A stretch of DNA of 64,000 bases from Perna viridis. Taxonomy: Eukaryota. The notes beneath the pieces are model-generated. The model made no database searches, was not told the DNA's origin, and worked only from the letters and a program-made list of their open reading frames with translations. Position 1 is the stretch's first letter, and every line of letters begins with the position of its first letter. Shown in pieces: positions 45,981 to 59,132 of the stretch. The DNA lies in contig CM074518.1 of the NCBI GenBank assembly GCA_037379345.1, forward strand, positions 2,852,001 through 2,916,000. Direction: 5' to 3'. The translations under genes were made by a program, and so were the position numbers.

Positions 45981-48900
45981 ATGGCTTTTGTTTCATTGTA
46001 ATGAAAATGAATGTAGAAACTGTATTACTTGTGGAAATCCACTTGTGTGTGAATGCAGCATCTACCTTCAAATGATTTATAATCACCATGCTTTTATATG
46101 TTCATGAATGTTATATTACCAGTAGTTTATTAATACAATTTTTTACAATACCTGTATTGTCAAGTTTGCTAATTTTTTTTTGTCAATGTAAAACTTGAAT
46201 GTAAGATCCACATTATTATGACAATTTAAGTTATTGTTCTTTTTGTACATGTATTACAATTTGTTTCAAGGTCTGTATGAATTTTGTGAAAATATTTTTT
46301 TCTTTTTGGAGGAATTGACTTTTTCATGATTTTTATAGGATTTTTTTTCACGTGTCACACTATAATTTAAAAACCCCTTGTGCATTAAACTTTATACCCT
46401 ACTTCAAATAATTGTTTGGTATAGAAGTCTAACAGTCTGTATACTTTTTGGAGAAAATTCAGTCTTTCAGAGTATTTAAATGAGACCTTTTATCATGATT
46501 TCATAGGGTTTTATCACATACAAAAATAGGAGATGTGGTATGATTGCCAATGAGATGGTCATCCACCAAAAGCCAAGCAACCTACAATTAAACTTCTACA
46601 AGTCCCGCACAGTCTTCAATGATGGGCAAAACCCATACCATAAAGGAAACTATACAAGGCACACTTGTCACGCAGTAACTTGAGAACCCTCTTTCAATTA
46701 AATATTAACTTGACACATTTTTTTATTATGATCTGAAAGCCTGTATACTTTTAGGAAAAATTTGTTCCTTAGTTTCAGAGATATGGGACTTTTTCATATT
46801 TTATATTAGATATTATCACATGTCACACTTCAACCTTTAACTTGAGAACATTTACCCCTGTATTGCTAATTAAACATCTCATTTACAAGAAGTCAAAATG
46901 ATACATAAATCCCTATATCTAAGCTAAACTTCAGCATAACATATGATATGTCATATAAAAACTTCATTTCCTGTCATCATGGAGGTTGGCATATCATGTC
47001 CTCATGGTGCAGCTGTTTATTTAAAAAGTTATTAGGCCAATAAAGAACAAAACTATGGAAGTTTTAAGTGAAAAGCAACAAAGCAATCGATCACCAATTA
47101 AGATACTGCTTACATTAAGACCAAGAAATTGATACACTTTTTGTTTAGAGTTATTTCCCTTACGTTAATCCACTGCTGAATTACAATATAGTTCCAGGAT
47201 TCTGTTTCTGCATGTTCATTTGAAAGTTCTCTTTCATAATCGAATTTTCTAAAATACCAAACAATACACACTAGGGTGAAGACGTGCTGGATGGGAAGGA
47301 AACACATGTGCTCTGGATGGGGAGGAAAATATATATATGCTTAGGATACGCAGGGAAAACACATGCTCTGGTTGGGGAGCATGACCTCCTTGCAAAGTAA
47401 GCGGTTAGAAATTTTTACACAATATTAGTTTTACTTGCTTAATATGGAATTATCTATTGAATGATATCAAATTTGAGAGGTTTTTGCCGTGCAATTACTT
47501 GTAGAAATGAATTTGACTTTCATAGAAAAATCGTCAACTCCTATTTTAGCATTTTCCGACGCAGTTGGTATAGTTTCGCTTTTTACCCTTTGACCTAAAA
47601 GACGCTCTTCCAGGAAAAAATTGCACAAAAAATTATTAGTGAAAAGAACAAATTTTACTGCGTCGGCTATCTTTCTTTAAAGATAGTACTTGTTTTTTTT
47701 TAAATAGCCACAAGTCATCAAAAGGACGCCATAATTGTCAATTTTAATGCTTCCATACAAAAAATATCCAAATAAGCCCTTTTTATTGAAGTATAAGTAC
47801 GCTCCGGTTTTTACACGTACAGTTGCAATTGACTACCATAAAAATTTCTGAATCAGGGGTGTGACATGATAAGTATGTCAGTTTAAGCGATTTGTCTCGT
47901 AAATGCAGCCCATGGACTAATTCTTCTCTTTACAGAAATGCTTACAAACGCGTGTAATTAATCGAGTTTGAATTGCGTGTAAAAAAAGTAACGTAAATTA
48001 CCGCAAAATTGTATATTTCAATGAGTACTTTAATTAATATTTCTAACAAAAATGATTTTGCTATAAAGTACACTGTGTATCTTATATTGAGAATCCGCGA
48101 CGGCCTTGGGGTTTACATACTTATTTCATTACATGGACATATTTATGGGCGTACATCATCTATGACATATGCACCAATTAAGGTGTTTTCATGTAAAAAC
48201 AAAGTTGAACCATGAAGGACTAATTCCCTGTTTATTTTCCAAGAAAAGGTAAATATTAATCTACGTTTATTTGTTTTACATTTTAAAATTAATAATTTAA
48301 CATTGTTAATTTCATATTTGTAATATAACATTCGCAAAATCTTTTATCGTCCTAGAAAATTAATGTGCATTAACTGAATGACGATACGAGATAATAGCCT
48401 TAGTTGTGACTAATATTCGAAACACAGTGTTATTTGCCAAATACATATTTATTACACTTTTTTACTACATTTTTTTTGTAAGTCTTTTCTTTTAATCGTT
48501 GATTAAAGTATCGGACGGTTGGAAACGAAAACTGAAGAAATAGAATATTAGAAGATAGCCAGCAAAACGACATTGTCTTCCAAATGAAAGCTAAATAAGT
48601 GCATTATCTTGACAAGATCTGGTCATTGAGAGATTGGCGACACTTTTTTTGGCACTCTTCAGCGAACAGAACGTTGAATGTGGTTATAGTACACATTTCT
48701 TTGGAGTATTACAGCAACAGCTAACTTTTCCTTACTGGTGTCATTAATGGTTATGTTTATTCCAAGGTTTTTATAGTAAATATAAGTTGGTCCATTCAAA
48801 GTGTTCGGATTTCATATGAAGCCATTCGGTTATTGATGGACGATAACAATGTTAAGTAGACAGTGTTGTATCATAACAGAATCATAAGTCAATATCTATA

Positions 48901-50816
48901 CCCTGATAATAGCACTTTTCCTTATTGTAATATTTGTATACATCCTCTGCCTCAGAGTAATGATAAGCCTCCTTAATGATCCTCGAGACGTTTATTGCTA
49001 GATTAAATATCACTGAATGAGTAATAATTAGAGTAATAATTCTCGTAGAGGCACCAAGTGGGGAGTAATCAACAATGTATGATGCCAAGAAAACCATCAA
49101 AATTATTCACATTATACATTTTGAATTGAAAAGTCCGTTTGTGAAATAACTACATGCGTTCTACCTTCTCCGTCACTTTTAGAAAAAAAAACACTTTTGA
49201 AAATTTTTCTTCCAATAGTTCAATTACAAATAGTACATTTCCACGGTTTTTTTTTAATTATTATTATTATTATACATCACTGTACACTTTAGCGTTTGTA
49301 AATCGCTCAGGCTGTTCTTGTCTTCCCTTACCAATGTAAGAAACCCCTGAGCATGTAGCCTCACATTGAATCTGTGTGTTGTAACATACAACAGTTGTTA
49401 GTGATAGACGTAGTTTCTGCTCTTATATCGTCGTCTTTACTTTAGATCATTGGAATACACTTAAATGAGTTGAGAAAGTAGTTTCCTATGCCTGAAGGTA
49501 AGCCTTTTTTTTTTTTTTTTTTGCTTTTATATATTCGTGAAAGTGATCATCGTGATTATCAACTAAGAACGATGGGAGCAGAGTTTTTCTTGATAAGAAA
49601 TAAAAACAGAGATCATTTCACGTGCAATTTATATCAAGATCCATAGTGATATACTACCTTCAGAGTAATTTATGAGTTGTTTCTGTTTTCTATTAAGTGT
49701 ATTTCACTTGTAAATGAATTTTGAATGTCAATAAATAAATACTACGTTTTTAAAAGTGTCGGATTCGTCTGTGGATTTTGTTGCATTATGTAATTTTACC
49801 CAGTCTGACAATTCCGATGTGAAACAGATGATTCCAGATCTTTATAACATGAATGTTTTATTATTTCCGCTTGTGTGTGCCTGGGAAAGTATTTCTATAT
49901 AGACTTATCATGTGCCTTCTGTCTACTGGTTGTTTGTGGTCAGTTACGCCCAAATAATGATATTAAACACGAATACGGTACTTCACTGTGGTCGGAACAA
50001 ATAGGAATGTGAAATTGTAAGTAAGTGCACTGATTATTGAGAATAACACCAGAATCGTGTACGTGTTGCTACATTAATACGACGATTTTACGCTCTCTGG
50101 ATTTCCTATCTTAATACAAAAGGTGAAAGGCGACTCAGCTACTTTAATAATGGTCTAGTCAAGTTATAGAAAGACAACATTAGGTCGGTGATGGTACATT
50201 ATTTATAGCCAGGGACTGTCTATAAATAAATGTCTAATTAATACTTATGTGTAAAGTAAATAGATAGGACATTTATCTACTTGTGTGAACGTCAGACGAA
50301 TTGTGTGATTGATTAACATGCGTGTCTTTTTCTAGGCACAGAAAAAAAACGGAAAAAGTACAAAACAACCTATTTTTCTTGTCAACATTTAATTGACAAT
50401 TGTCGAAAGATCCACTGGTACTTCACGATCACAAGGAATGTTTTGTAAAACACCAAGTCAGACCAATCCCGTATCATAGATAGATCAATGGGTTGGGACA
50501 GGAACATCCCCCTTATGCTCGAAAAGTTTGGTTGATTATGTAGGTAAATCTGGAAATCAGTGGAACGTCCATCTTTTCTGAATTTCTTGATCTGCCAATG
50601 CGTATACCCAAAATCACTCCATTAATTTGATCAAAAGTAATTAATATTAGTTCCGTTACAAATTGTACTGTCATGGTTCTTTAAACCGCCGAGTACTACA
50701 ATTTGTTTTTCTAACAAATGATCGAAGAAACCATGCAACAGTTCAACTTTTGACGAGTCATCTGATCGAAAACTACAACACCATATAATATCAGATAAAA
50801 AGAATGACGCTGAATA

Positions 50817-51500
50817 AGTGAGCTTATGCCATCACTTGGCGTCCGTCGTTGTCGTAGACAAATTTTCAAAAATCATCTACTCTGAAACTACAAATGTACT
50901 AGACCGACAGGATGTAAACTTGGCATGATTGTCCCTTAGAGTAGTGTGTACAAAACGACCGTTGGGATTTTTGATCCGTGAAAAAACATGGCTGCGTTAC
51001 TAAAAATAGTACATAGGGGTCAGAAGGCAGTTTTTGCAAATTACTCAAAAAACCATTGCCTTCAGCAAATTTTTTTGCGGGGTAATATTGTTCTGCATCA
51101 TGAGACCAACCAATACCGAAATTTTCAAAACGATTCGTGTACTAATGTATGAGTTACGACTCCTGAAACAATTCTTAAACAATTTTTTCCCACATGTACA
51201 ACTTTGAAAATCTTCTTTAAAACCATTTAAGATCATTTAATAAAAATAAGCATATTGGTTCTTTAGTGTATTATGCTCGAAATGACTTGTGATTTTTAAT
51301 TTTAATATGGCTGCCTATACTAAGAACGGAACATAGGGGCCAGAAGACAGTTTTTGGCAAAATTCTGGTTCAGGTCATAAAATACTATTAAAGGCATTTC
51401 CTGCATTTGACCATTCAGTTAATTTTAACTTAGCCTGTCTCATTCCTCAAGTTTTTACAAATAAGCAAATGGCTAAGCAGGAGAGCGACTCAGGCCCTCT
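50817..51500 (+). mobile_element. HINE-like copy (related subfamily)
   Basis: gtgagcttatgccatcacttggcgtccgtcgttgtcg head, shared core (acataggggtcagaaggcag) and tail caggagagcgactcaggccctcttg. Confidence 0.6.
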
Positions 51501-51671
51501 TGAAAGTTGTTGGTTTTGCATTAAAATGATATAAATGGAAACTGCATAAGTGTGTGGCCCCTACAAGAAATATAAGACTACATGACAACACTATCAACGT
51601 TTTACCCCTACTTGCAAAGTGGTTTTACTTCTTGTCGTCCCCTGTGGCTTCTGCATTCAATAGAACTGCAT

Positions 51672-51945
51672 GGCACCATCTTAGTTGTCGTTGCCTTCTG
51701 TGGTTTTCTTCATTAAGGTAAACATGATAACAGTGACATGGCACTATCTTAGTTGTCGTCGCCTTCTATGGTTTTAATAATTAAGGTAAACAAGATAACA
51801 GTGTCAAGGCACCATCTTAGCTGTCGATCGTCGTCTTCAGTGGTTTTGTTCATTAAGGTAAAGAGAATAACAGTGTCACGACACCATCTTAACTTTCGTC
51901 GCCTTCTGTGGTTTTCTTCATTAAGGTAAACAGGATAACAATGTC
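51672..51945. repeat. ~68-bp tandem repeat x4
   Basis: ggcaccatcttagttgtcg..gccttctgtggttttcttcattaaggtaaaca.gataacagtg repeated. Confidence 0.85.
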
Positions 51946-54900
51946 AATGTTCTGAATCAATATTGGGAGTACACGATAACAGTGTCTATGTTCAATCTTT
52001 GTTGTTGCTATAACCAACTTTACACCTGGACCATGTGGACTGTTAATCGGTTCCTTGATTTAGAACACATCAAAGCTGACTATCATTGGCAATTAACGAA
52101 TGTCAGATGTGTATTGTTTTTCTTCCATTAATTCTGTATATCATAGTAAATCAATGAGTACACAAAATGAACATTAATAATGCCTTGGTATTATTCCCTC
52201 AGGTGCTTCATGTACTTGTATTGATGATTATGTACAAGGATATTAGAAGATCCAGGAAATGGCCGTCTCAATAACAGCGACTTTAATCGATAAAAACAAC
52301 TTTTCCTTGCATTTTAAAGGAAAATCTCTATATGACCGTAAAATACGTTAAAAAATGAAACACAGTTAAATTTTTTTGAAAAAGAGGAAATGAGATTGAT
52401 ATTACATACGATTAGGGCATTACTTTTTGTAGGTTTAAACTGGTCTGGTGCTGGCATGTCGGTTTACTACTATTAGTCCGTTGTTTATGCATTTGTGTAA
52501 TGTATAATCAGTTTCTTTATTATCGTTTAAACAAGCGACTCAGAACTTTTTGAAGTCCTAAGTCAGGAATTTCTGGCCTCTGTATGTAGTGTTTGTTTTC
52601 ACTTTCGGTTTTTTATGTTGCTGGAGTATATAGAGGCAAATATTTCGCTGTACCAATGTATAATGTTGTTTTGGCGCCAGCTGCAGCCTTGCGTGCGAGG
52701 GTTTCCTCATTCATTAAAGACCAATGAGTGGCCTTGAGCTGACGTTTTTCATCCCGGTGGGGTTTTTGCCTCTTTGACATATTCACCATATCCATTCTCG
52801 TTTATTTTCTTTTCAAAAAATGCTTTTGTTATTACGCCACTTTTCATTTATAAAAATTCATATGCAAAGGAGAGACACATTGCTTGCTTTGAACTGTCAT
52901 TTGTCATTTGTTCTAATAGTATTGTCACCAATTGTGCGAGAAGTAATTATCACGTCAGAAACTTCCACGAGAGATCAGGCGAGCTGTAGGCAGTACCTTC
53001 TTGCTGCTAGGATATTAATCCTGAACGTGTTGTAAACATTTACATTTGGGAAGTAGACTATAGCATATATAATAGAATTGATTTCATTAGATTGAAGTCA
53101 CTAATGAAGCAGAATCTTTTATGTCTTCATCTTTTGGTCAATCCCGAATGTGTGGATTGATTGAGAGTTTTGCCAAATTTAGGATGGAGTGTTTTTTGTT
53201 TACGATGTTTTGTCTTTTCTGTTAAACACGAACATAATTTCGATGTTATACCTAACCACATGGACGTTATTTGTGAGTTTAAGCCAAATTCTGGATTTAA
53301 CACTCACTTTGCTAGAGAAATCATTAAACTCGTCTACCAAGTATTTGAGAGGCTACAAAAATATGGAATTCTGTAGATAAGGATATATTCAATATGTCGA
53401 ATGAATTTTTTGGATAATGCTCTGATTTTGATTCGTTGATGTTTTCACTCCAGAAGTATAGAGTAAAAGAGCTAGCTATATAGAGATGTTTTCGGCAATG
53501 CCAACAAAAACAGAGCTAATTATAACACTGCAGGAAGAACAAACTTCCCTTTCAATCTTGTAGATAGTGATTAGATCGAGGAATTGCACTCTCATCGTTA
53601 ATCATGTAAATATTGAGATACAGACACATTAAAATCTAATCAGTCTATATAAACCAAGTAATTATTGAGGATGTGAATTGCAATATCTCTTTTATTGCTC
53701 TTGAAATGAATGGATGGCTTTGAATTATTCGGAAAATAAGATGTTTCGGTGTGGTGCTTCTGTTCTCTAATTGCAGTCTTGATTGGATTAAAAGTAACAC
53801 AGAAATTGTAAATCCTTCAAACTACTTAAAATTGTTAAGTATGGGTTAAGAGTTAATCGTACGCTCGTGTATTTTGTTGAAAAGTACACTGTTTAATTTC
53901 TGTACTGTATGAAATGTTTCCATGGTAATCTTGGTACACTTTTTAATTTCTGTACTACATGAAATGTTTCCATGGTCTTGTTGGTACACTGTTCGTAGCG
54001 GCACTTAAATGTCTCAGATTTTTACCATATAATATCCCAAGACGGTAAAAATATGAAGTCAATATAATGCACAATTACTGTGGTTCATAATTAGTTTATT
54101 TTTAGCCACTGCGCGTGCAGCGTGTGATTTCTGCAGAATTTTCTGGTTTTCGCATTTTGTGTAATAACATGATTCTCTTGATATACGTAAACTCGTGGTT
54201 GACTACTTTTCTAACAACTAATGAGTATAAAATTAGCTTCCTGCTGAAAACGTTCAAAGTCAGAAATTATAGTTCTGACCACCTACTAGATAATGTAATT
54301 ACCAACTTATCTTAGCTTTGATATAAACTTCCAATTTATTGTCCGTTTTTAGAAGGTTCATAGTTATGAATTAAACAGTTACATGCAATAGATATAAAAT
54401 ATTCTTTTATCACTATTCTGAACTTATCTCCAAAGAGGATGTAAATTTGATAAACTTCATTTTACAAAGACTGCTTACCCTACCAGTGCAGTGGTACTTT
54501 CTTTCTGTTCTTTGAATGAGCCAGAAATGTTATATTGCTATTATTTTTCTGTGATTTTTCTTTGTCAGTCCATTTTTGTTATTTTCTGTTCACGTCTATA
54601 TTTGTTTTTCTTCGTTCAATGATCGTCAACGTATCTCTTTCAAGGTTTTCAGTTATAGCGTTTTACGTTTGTGAAGAATATAATTATATAATATTAATTG
54701 AGGTTGTGTAATATAATATTCATGTTTGGGTATATTTTTTTCATGCCATATTTTCGCGAAGATAGCTGCATTGAGTAAAATGACTTTCAGATAGCTCTAT
54801 CATTTTTTACCTCAATCTCCATAACGATAGTTGCAAGAAACAGATTTGCAAAACACAACATTCCTCTGCTCTTAAAAAAAACTATAAACAAAACACTCTT

Positions 54901-54951
54901 TAAAGAGCATGTTAATCTGGCATGTTACACTCGTGGTCAGAAAATATTTGG

Positions 54952-57874
54952 TTTGTACTGTGTTGTAGGTTAACTTTATAATTAAGAGATGGCGGAGGGA
55001 CACTGTGCCAAATGTTCCAGATACCTATTGATCGTCTTCAACTTTCTAGTTTGTACTGTGTTGTAGGTTTATAATTAAGAGATGGCGGAGGGACACTGTG
55101 CCAAATGTTCCAGATACCTATTGATCGTCTTCAACTTTCTAGTTTGTACTGTGTTGTAGGTTTATAATTAAGAGATGGCGGAGGGACACTGTGCCAAATG
55201 TTCCAGATACCTATTGATCGTCTTCAACTTTCTAGTTTGTACTGTGTTGTAGGTTTATAATTAAGAGATGGCGGAGGGACACTGTGCCAAATGTTCCAGA
55301 TACCTATTGATCGTCTTCAACTTTCTAGTTTGTACTGTGTTGTAGGTTAACTTTATAATTAAGAGATGGCGGAGGGACACTGTGCCAAATGTTCCAGATA
55401 CCTATTGATCGTCTTTAACTTTCTATTTTGTACTGTGTTGTAGGTTTATAATAAAGAGATGGCGGAGGGACACTGTGCCAAATGTTCCAGATACCTATTG
55501 ATCGTCTTCAACTTTCTAGTTTGTACTGTGTTGTAGGTTTATAATTAAGAGATGGCGGAGGGACACTGTGCCAAATGTTCCAGATACCTATTGATCGTCT
55601 TCAACTTTCTAGTTTGTACTGTGTTGTAGGTTAACTTTATAATTAAGAGATGGCGGAGGGACACTGTGCCAAATGTTCCAGATACCTATTGATCGTCTTT
55701 AACTTTCTATTTTGTACTGTGTTGTAGGTTTATAATTAAGAGATGGCGGAGGGACACTGTGCCAAATGTTCCAGATACCTATTGATCGTCTTCAACTTTC
55801 TAGTTTGTACTGTGTTGTAGGTTAACTTTATAATTAAGAGATGGCGGAGGGACACTGTGCCAAATGTTCCAGATACCTATTGATCGTCTTTAACTTTCTA
55901 TTTTGTACTGTGTTGTAGGTTTATAATTAAGAGATGGCGGAGGGACACTGTGCCAAATGTTCCAGATACCTATTGATCGTCTTCAACTTTCTAGTTTGTA
56001 CTGTGTTGTAGGTTAACTTTATAATTAAGAGATGGCGGAGGGACACTGTGCCAAATGTTCCAGATACCTATTGATCGTCTTTAACTTTCTATTTTGTACT
56101 GTGTTGTAGGTTTATAATTAAGAGATGGCGGAGGGACACTGTGCCAAATGTTCCAGATACCTATTGATCGTCTTCAATTTTCTAGTTTGTACTGTGTTGT
56201 AGGTTAACTTTATAATTAAGAGATGGCGGAGGGACACTGTGCCAAATGTTCCAGATACCTATTGATCGTCTTTAACTTTCTATTTTGTACTGTGTTGTAG
56301 GTTTATAATTAAGAGATGGCGGAGGGACACTGTGCCAAATGTTCCAGATACCTATTGATCGTCTTTAACTTTCTATTTTGTACTGTGTTGTAGGTTTATA
56401 ATAAAGAGATGGCGGAGGGACACTGTGCCAAATGTTCCAGATACCTATTGATCGTCTTTAACTTTCTGTTTTGTACTGTGTTGTAGGTTAACTTTATAAT
56501 TAAGAGATGGCGGAGGGACACTGTGCCAAATGTTCCAGATACCTATTGATCGTCTTTAACTTTCTATTTTGTACTGTGTTGTAGGTTTATAATTAAGAGA
56601 TGGCGGAGGGACACTGTGCCAAATGTTCCAGATACCTATTGATCGTCTTTAACTTTCTATTTTGTACTGTGTTGTAGGTTTATAATAAAGAGATGGCGGA
56701 GGGACACTGTGCCAAATGTTCCAGATACCTATTGATCGTCTTTAACTTTCTATTTTGTACTGTGTTGTAGGTTTATAATTAAGAGATGGCGGAGGGACAC
56801 TGTGCCAAATGTTCCAGATACCTATTGATCGTCTTTAACTTTCTATTTTGTACTGTGTTGTAGGTTTATAATTAAGAGATGGCGGAGGGACACTGTGCCA
56901 AATGTTCCAGATACCTATTGATCGTCTTTAACTTTCTATTTTGTACTGTGTTGTAGGTTTATAATTAAGAGATGGCGGAGGGACACTGTGCCAAATGTTC
57001 CAGATACCTATTGATCGTCTTTAACTTTCTATTTTGTACTGTGTTGTAGGTTTATAATTAAGAGATGGCGGAGGGACACTGTGCCAAATGTTCCAGATAC
57101 CTATTGATCGTCTTTAACTTTCTATTTTGTACTGTGTTGTAGGTTTATAATTAAGAGATGGCGGAGGGACACTGTGCCAAATGTTCCAGATACCTATTGA
57201 TCGTCTTTAACTTTCTATTTTGTACTGTGTTGTAGGTTTATAATTAAGAGATGGCGGAGGGACACTGTGCCAAATGTTCCAGATACCTATTGATCGTCTT
57301 TAACTTTCTATTTTGTACTGTGTTGTAGGTTTATAATTAAGAGATGGCGGAGGGACACTGTGCCAAATGTTCCAGATACCTATTGATCGTCTTTAACTTT
57401 CTATTTTGTACTGTGTTGTAGGTTTATAATTAAGAGATGGCGGAGGGACACTGTGCCAAATGTTCCAGATACCTATTGATCGTCTTTAACTTTCTATTTT
57501 GTACTGTGTTGTAGGTTTATAATTAAGAGATGGCGGAGGGACACTGTGCCAAATGTTCCAGATACCTATTGATCGTCTTTAACTTTCTATTTTGTACTGT
57601 GTTGTAGGTTTATAATTAAGAGATGGCGGAGGGACACTGTGCCAAATGTTCCAGATACCTATTGATCGTCTTTAACTTTCTATTTTGTACTGTGTTGTAG
57701 GTTTATAATTAAGAGATGGCGGAGGGACACTGTGCCAAATGTTCCAGATACCTATTGATCGTCTTTAACTTTCTATTTTGTACTGTGTTGTAGGTTTATA
57801 ATTAAGAGATGGCGGAGGGACACTGTGCCAAATGTTCCAGATACCTATTGATCGTCTTTAACTTTCTATTTTGG
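54952..57874 (+). repeat. 31-copy tandem array (93/98-bp units) of the tetraspanin acceptor + ATG + first coding exon
   Basis: ATGGCGGAGGGACAC recurs 31 times, from 54989 to 57809, at 93- or 98-bp spacing; only the last copy ends ...TTTTGG|GTAAGT. Confidence 0.95.
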
Positions 57875-59097
57875 GTAAGTATTCGCTATAGAAAATACAA
57901 GTTTACTTAAACATAGTTAACTTATAATTGGTTTAAAACTCAAATGAAAGCTATAGGCGGATTTAACCCAAAAAATGTAATGGGTGGGATAAGTTTTGTT
58001 TTAATTACAAGACTTTCAAATAAAAATGCTCGCTTTATTTCCGTGTGTTCAGAAACTGTGATTTAAGATTCAATCAATTATAATCATTCAAATTAGATTC
58101 ATTTAAGCTTATTTGAAGGTGTGCTTACACTTACTGAAGACCTTTAGGTGAGCTCTGAAAGTATTTACTATTTTGTATTTGGGTTATACTATGGTGCATT
58201 GCTACGATACACCATATCTGTTTTTTTTTTTATTTAATCGAGGAAATACATGCAAATATAAATGCATATTCAGAAAAAAAACTGGTTATATACCTATAAA
58301 TAAAATCTTTTTACAGTCAACTTTAGTTTTAAGTTTCAAACAGTTATAAAATGGACTGAATTTGTATAATCAAACAAAAGTCCATAATGCAATGGCCGTA
58401 TTTGTTAATGAACTATGGTATGCAGTTAAGAGTGAAGGAAAACATCCTATTACGATATATTCCAGGTTTGTGGAGGAGGCTTATTAGGGATAGGTATTTG
58501 GTTACGATTCGATACTGACATTATCGATTTCCTGAAAGACACAGTGAAACTAGAGTTATCTTTACCGGTGGATATTATTCATACAGCAGCCTATGTGTTG
58601 ATAGCAGCTGGAGGATTTATATTTGTCATAGGCTTCTGTGGATGTTGTGGTGCCATAAGGGAAAGCTTCTGTATGCTAGGAGTGGTGAGTACTTATTTCT
58701 ATGATTTTGTTGTTGTGGTGCCATCAGAAAAAAGCTTCTGTATGTTAGAATGGTGAGTACTTACTTTTTATGACTCTGTAGATGTTGTGCCATCAGAGAA
58801 AGCTTCTGTATGCTTAGAATGGTGGGTACTTATTTTATGATTCAGTAGATGTTATAGTGCCATCTGAGAAAGCTTTTTGTATGTTAAGAATGGTTAGTAC
58901 TTAATTCGATGGTATAATGTATGTTTGTGTTGTGGAGACAACAAAGAGAGCTGTTGTATGCTGGGAGTGGTGAGTATTCTTTTCTTCCATACTGTGAATG
59001 TTTTTTGACCTTTCTATACGTTTATATATCTTCCCTGTATCAATTTGATCCGATGGAGCAGTGTAGCGAATAGAGTCGTCACATTCTGAGACGTTTA

Positions 59098-59132
<35 letters not shown>

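Noticed and set aside
51672-51945. 68-bp repeat with AAG|GTAAAC as another junction-seeded array
   Set aside because: No supporting exon could be identified, so it was not counted in the junction-repeat pattern.
54952-57874. CRISPR-like regular array
   Set aside because: Units are whole-length near-identical with no unique spacers, the context is eukaryotic, and there are no cas genes.
54952-57874. Read-through polyprotein from in-frame 93-bp units, or recursive splicing at AG|GT
   Set aside because: TAG is followed in frame by GTT TAT AAT TAA, a second stop. The GT after each acceptor (GTTTAT or GTTAAC) is a poor donor, so recursive splicing is unsupported.
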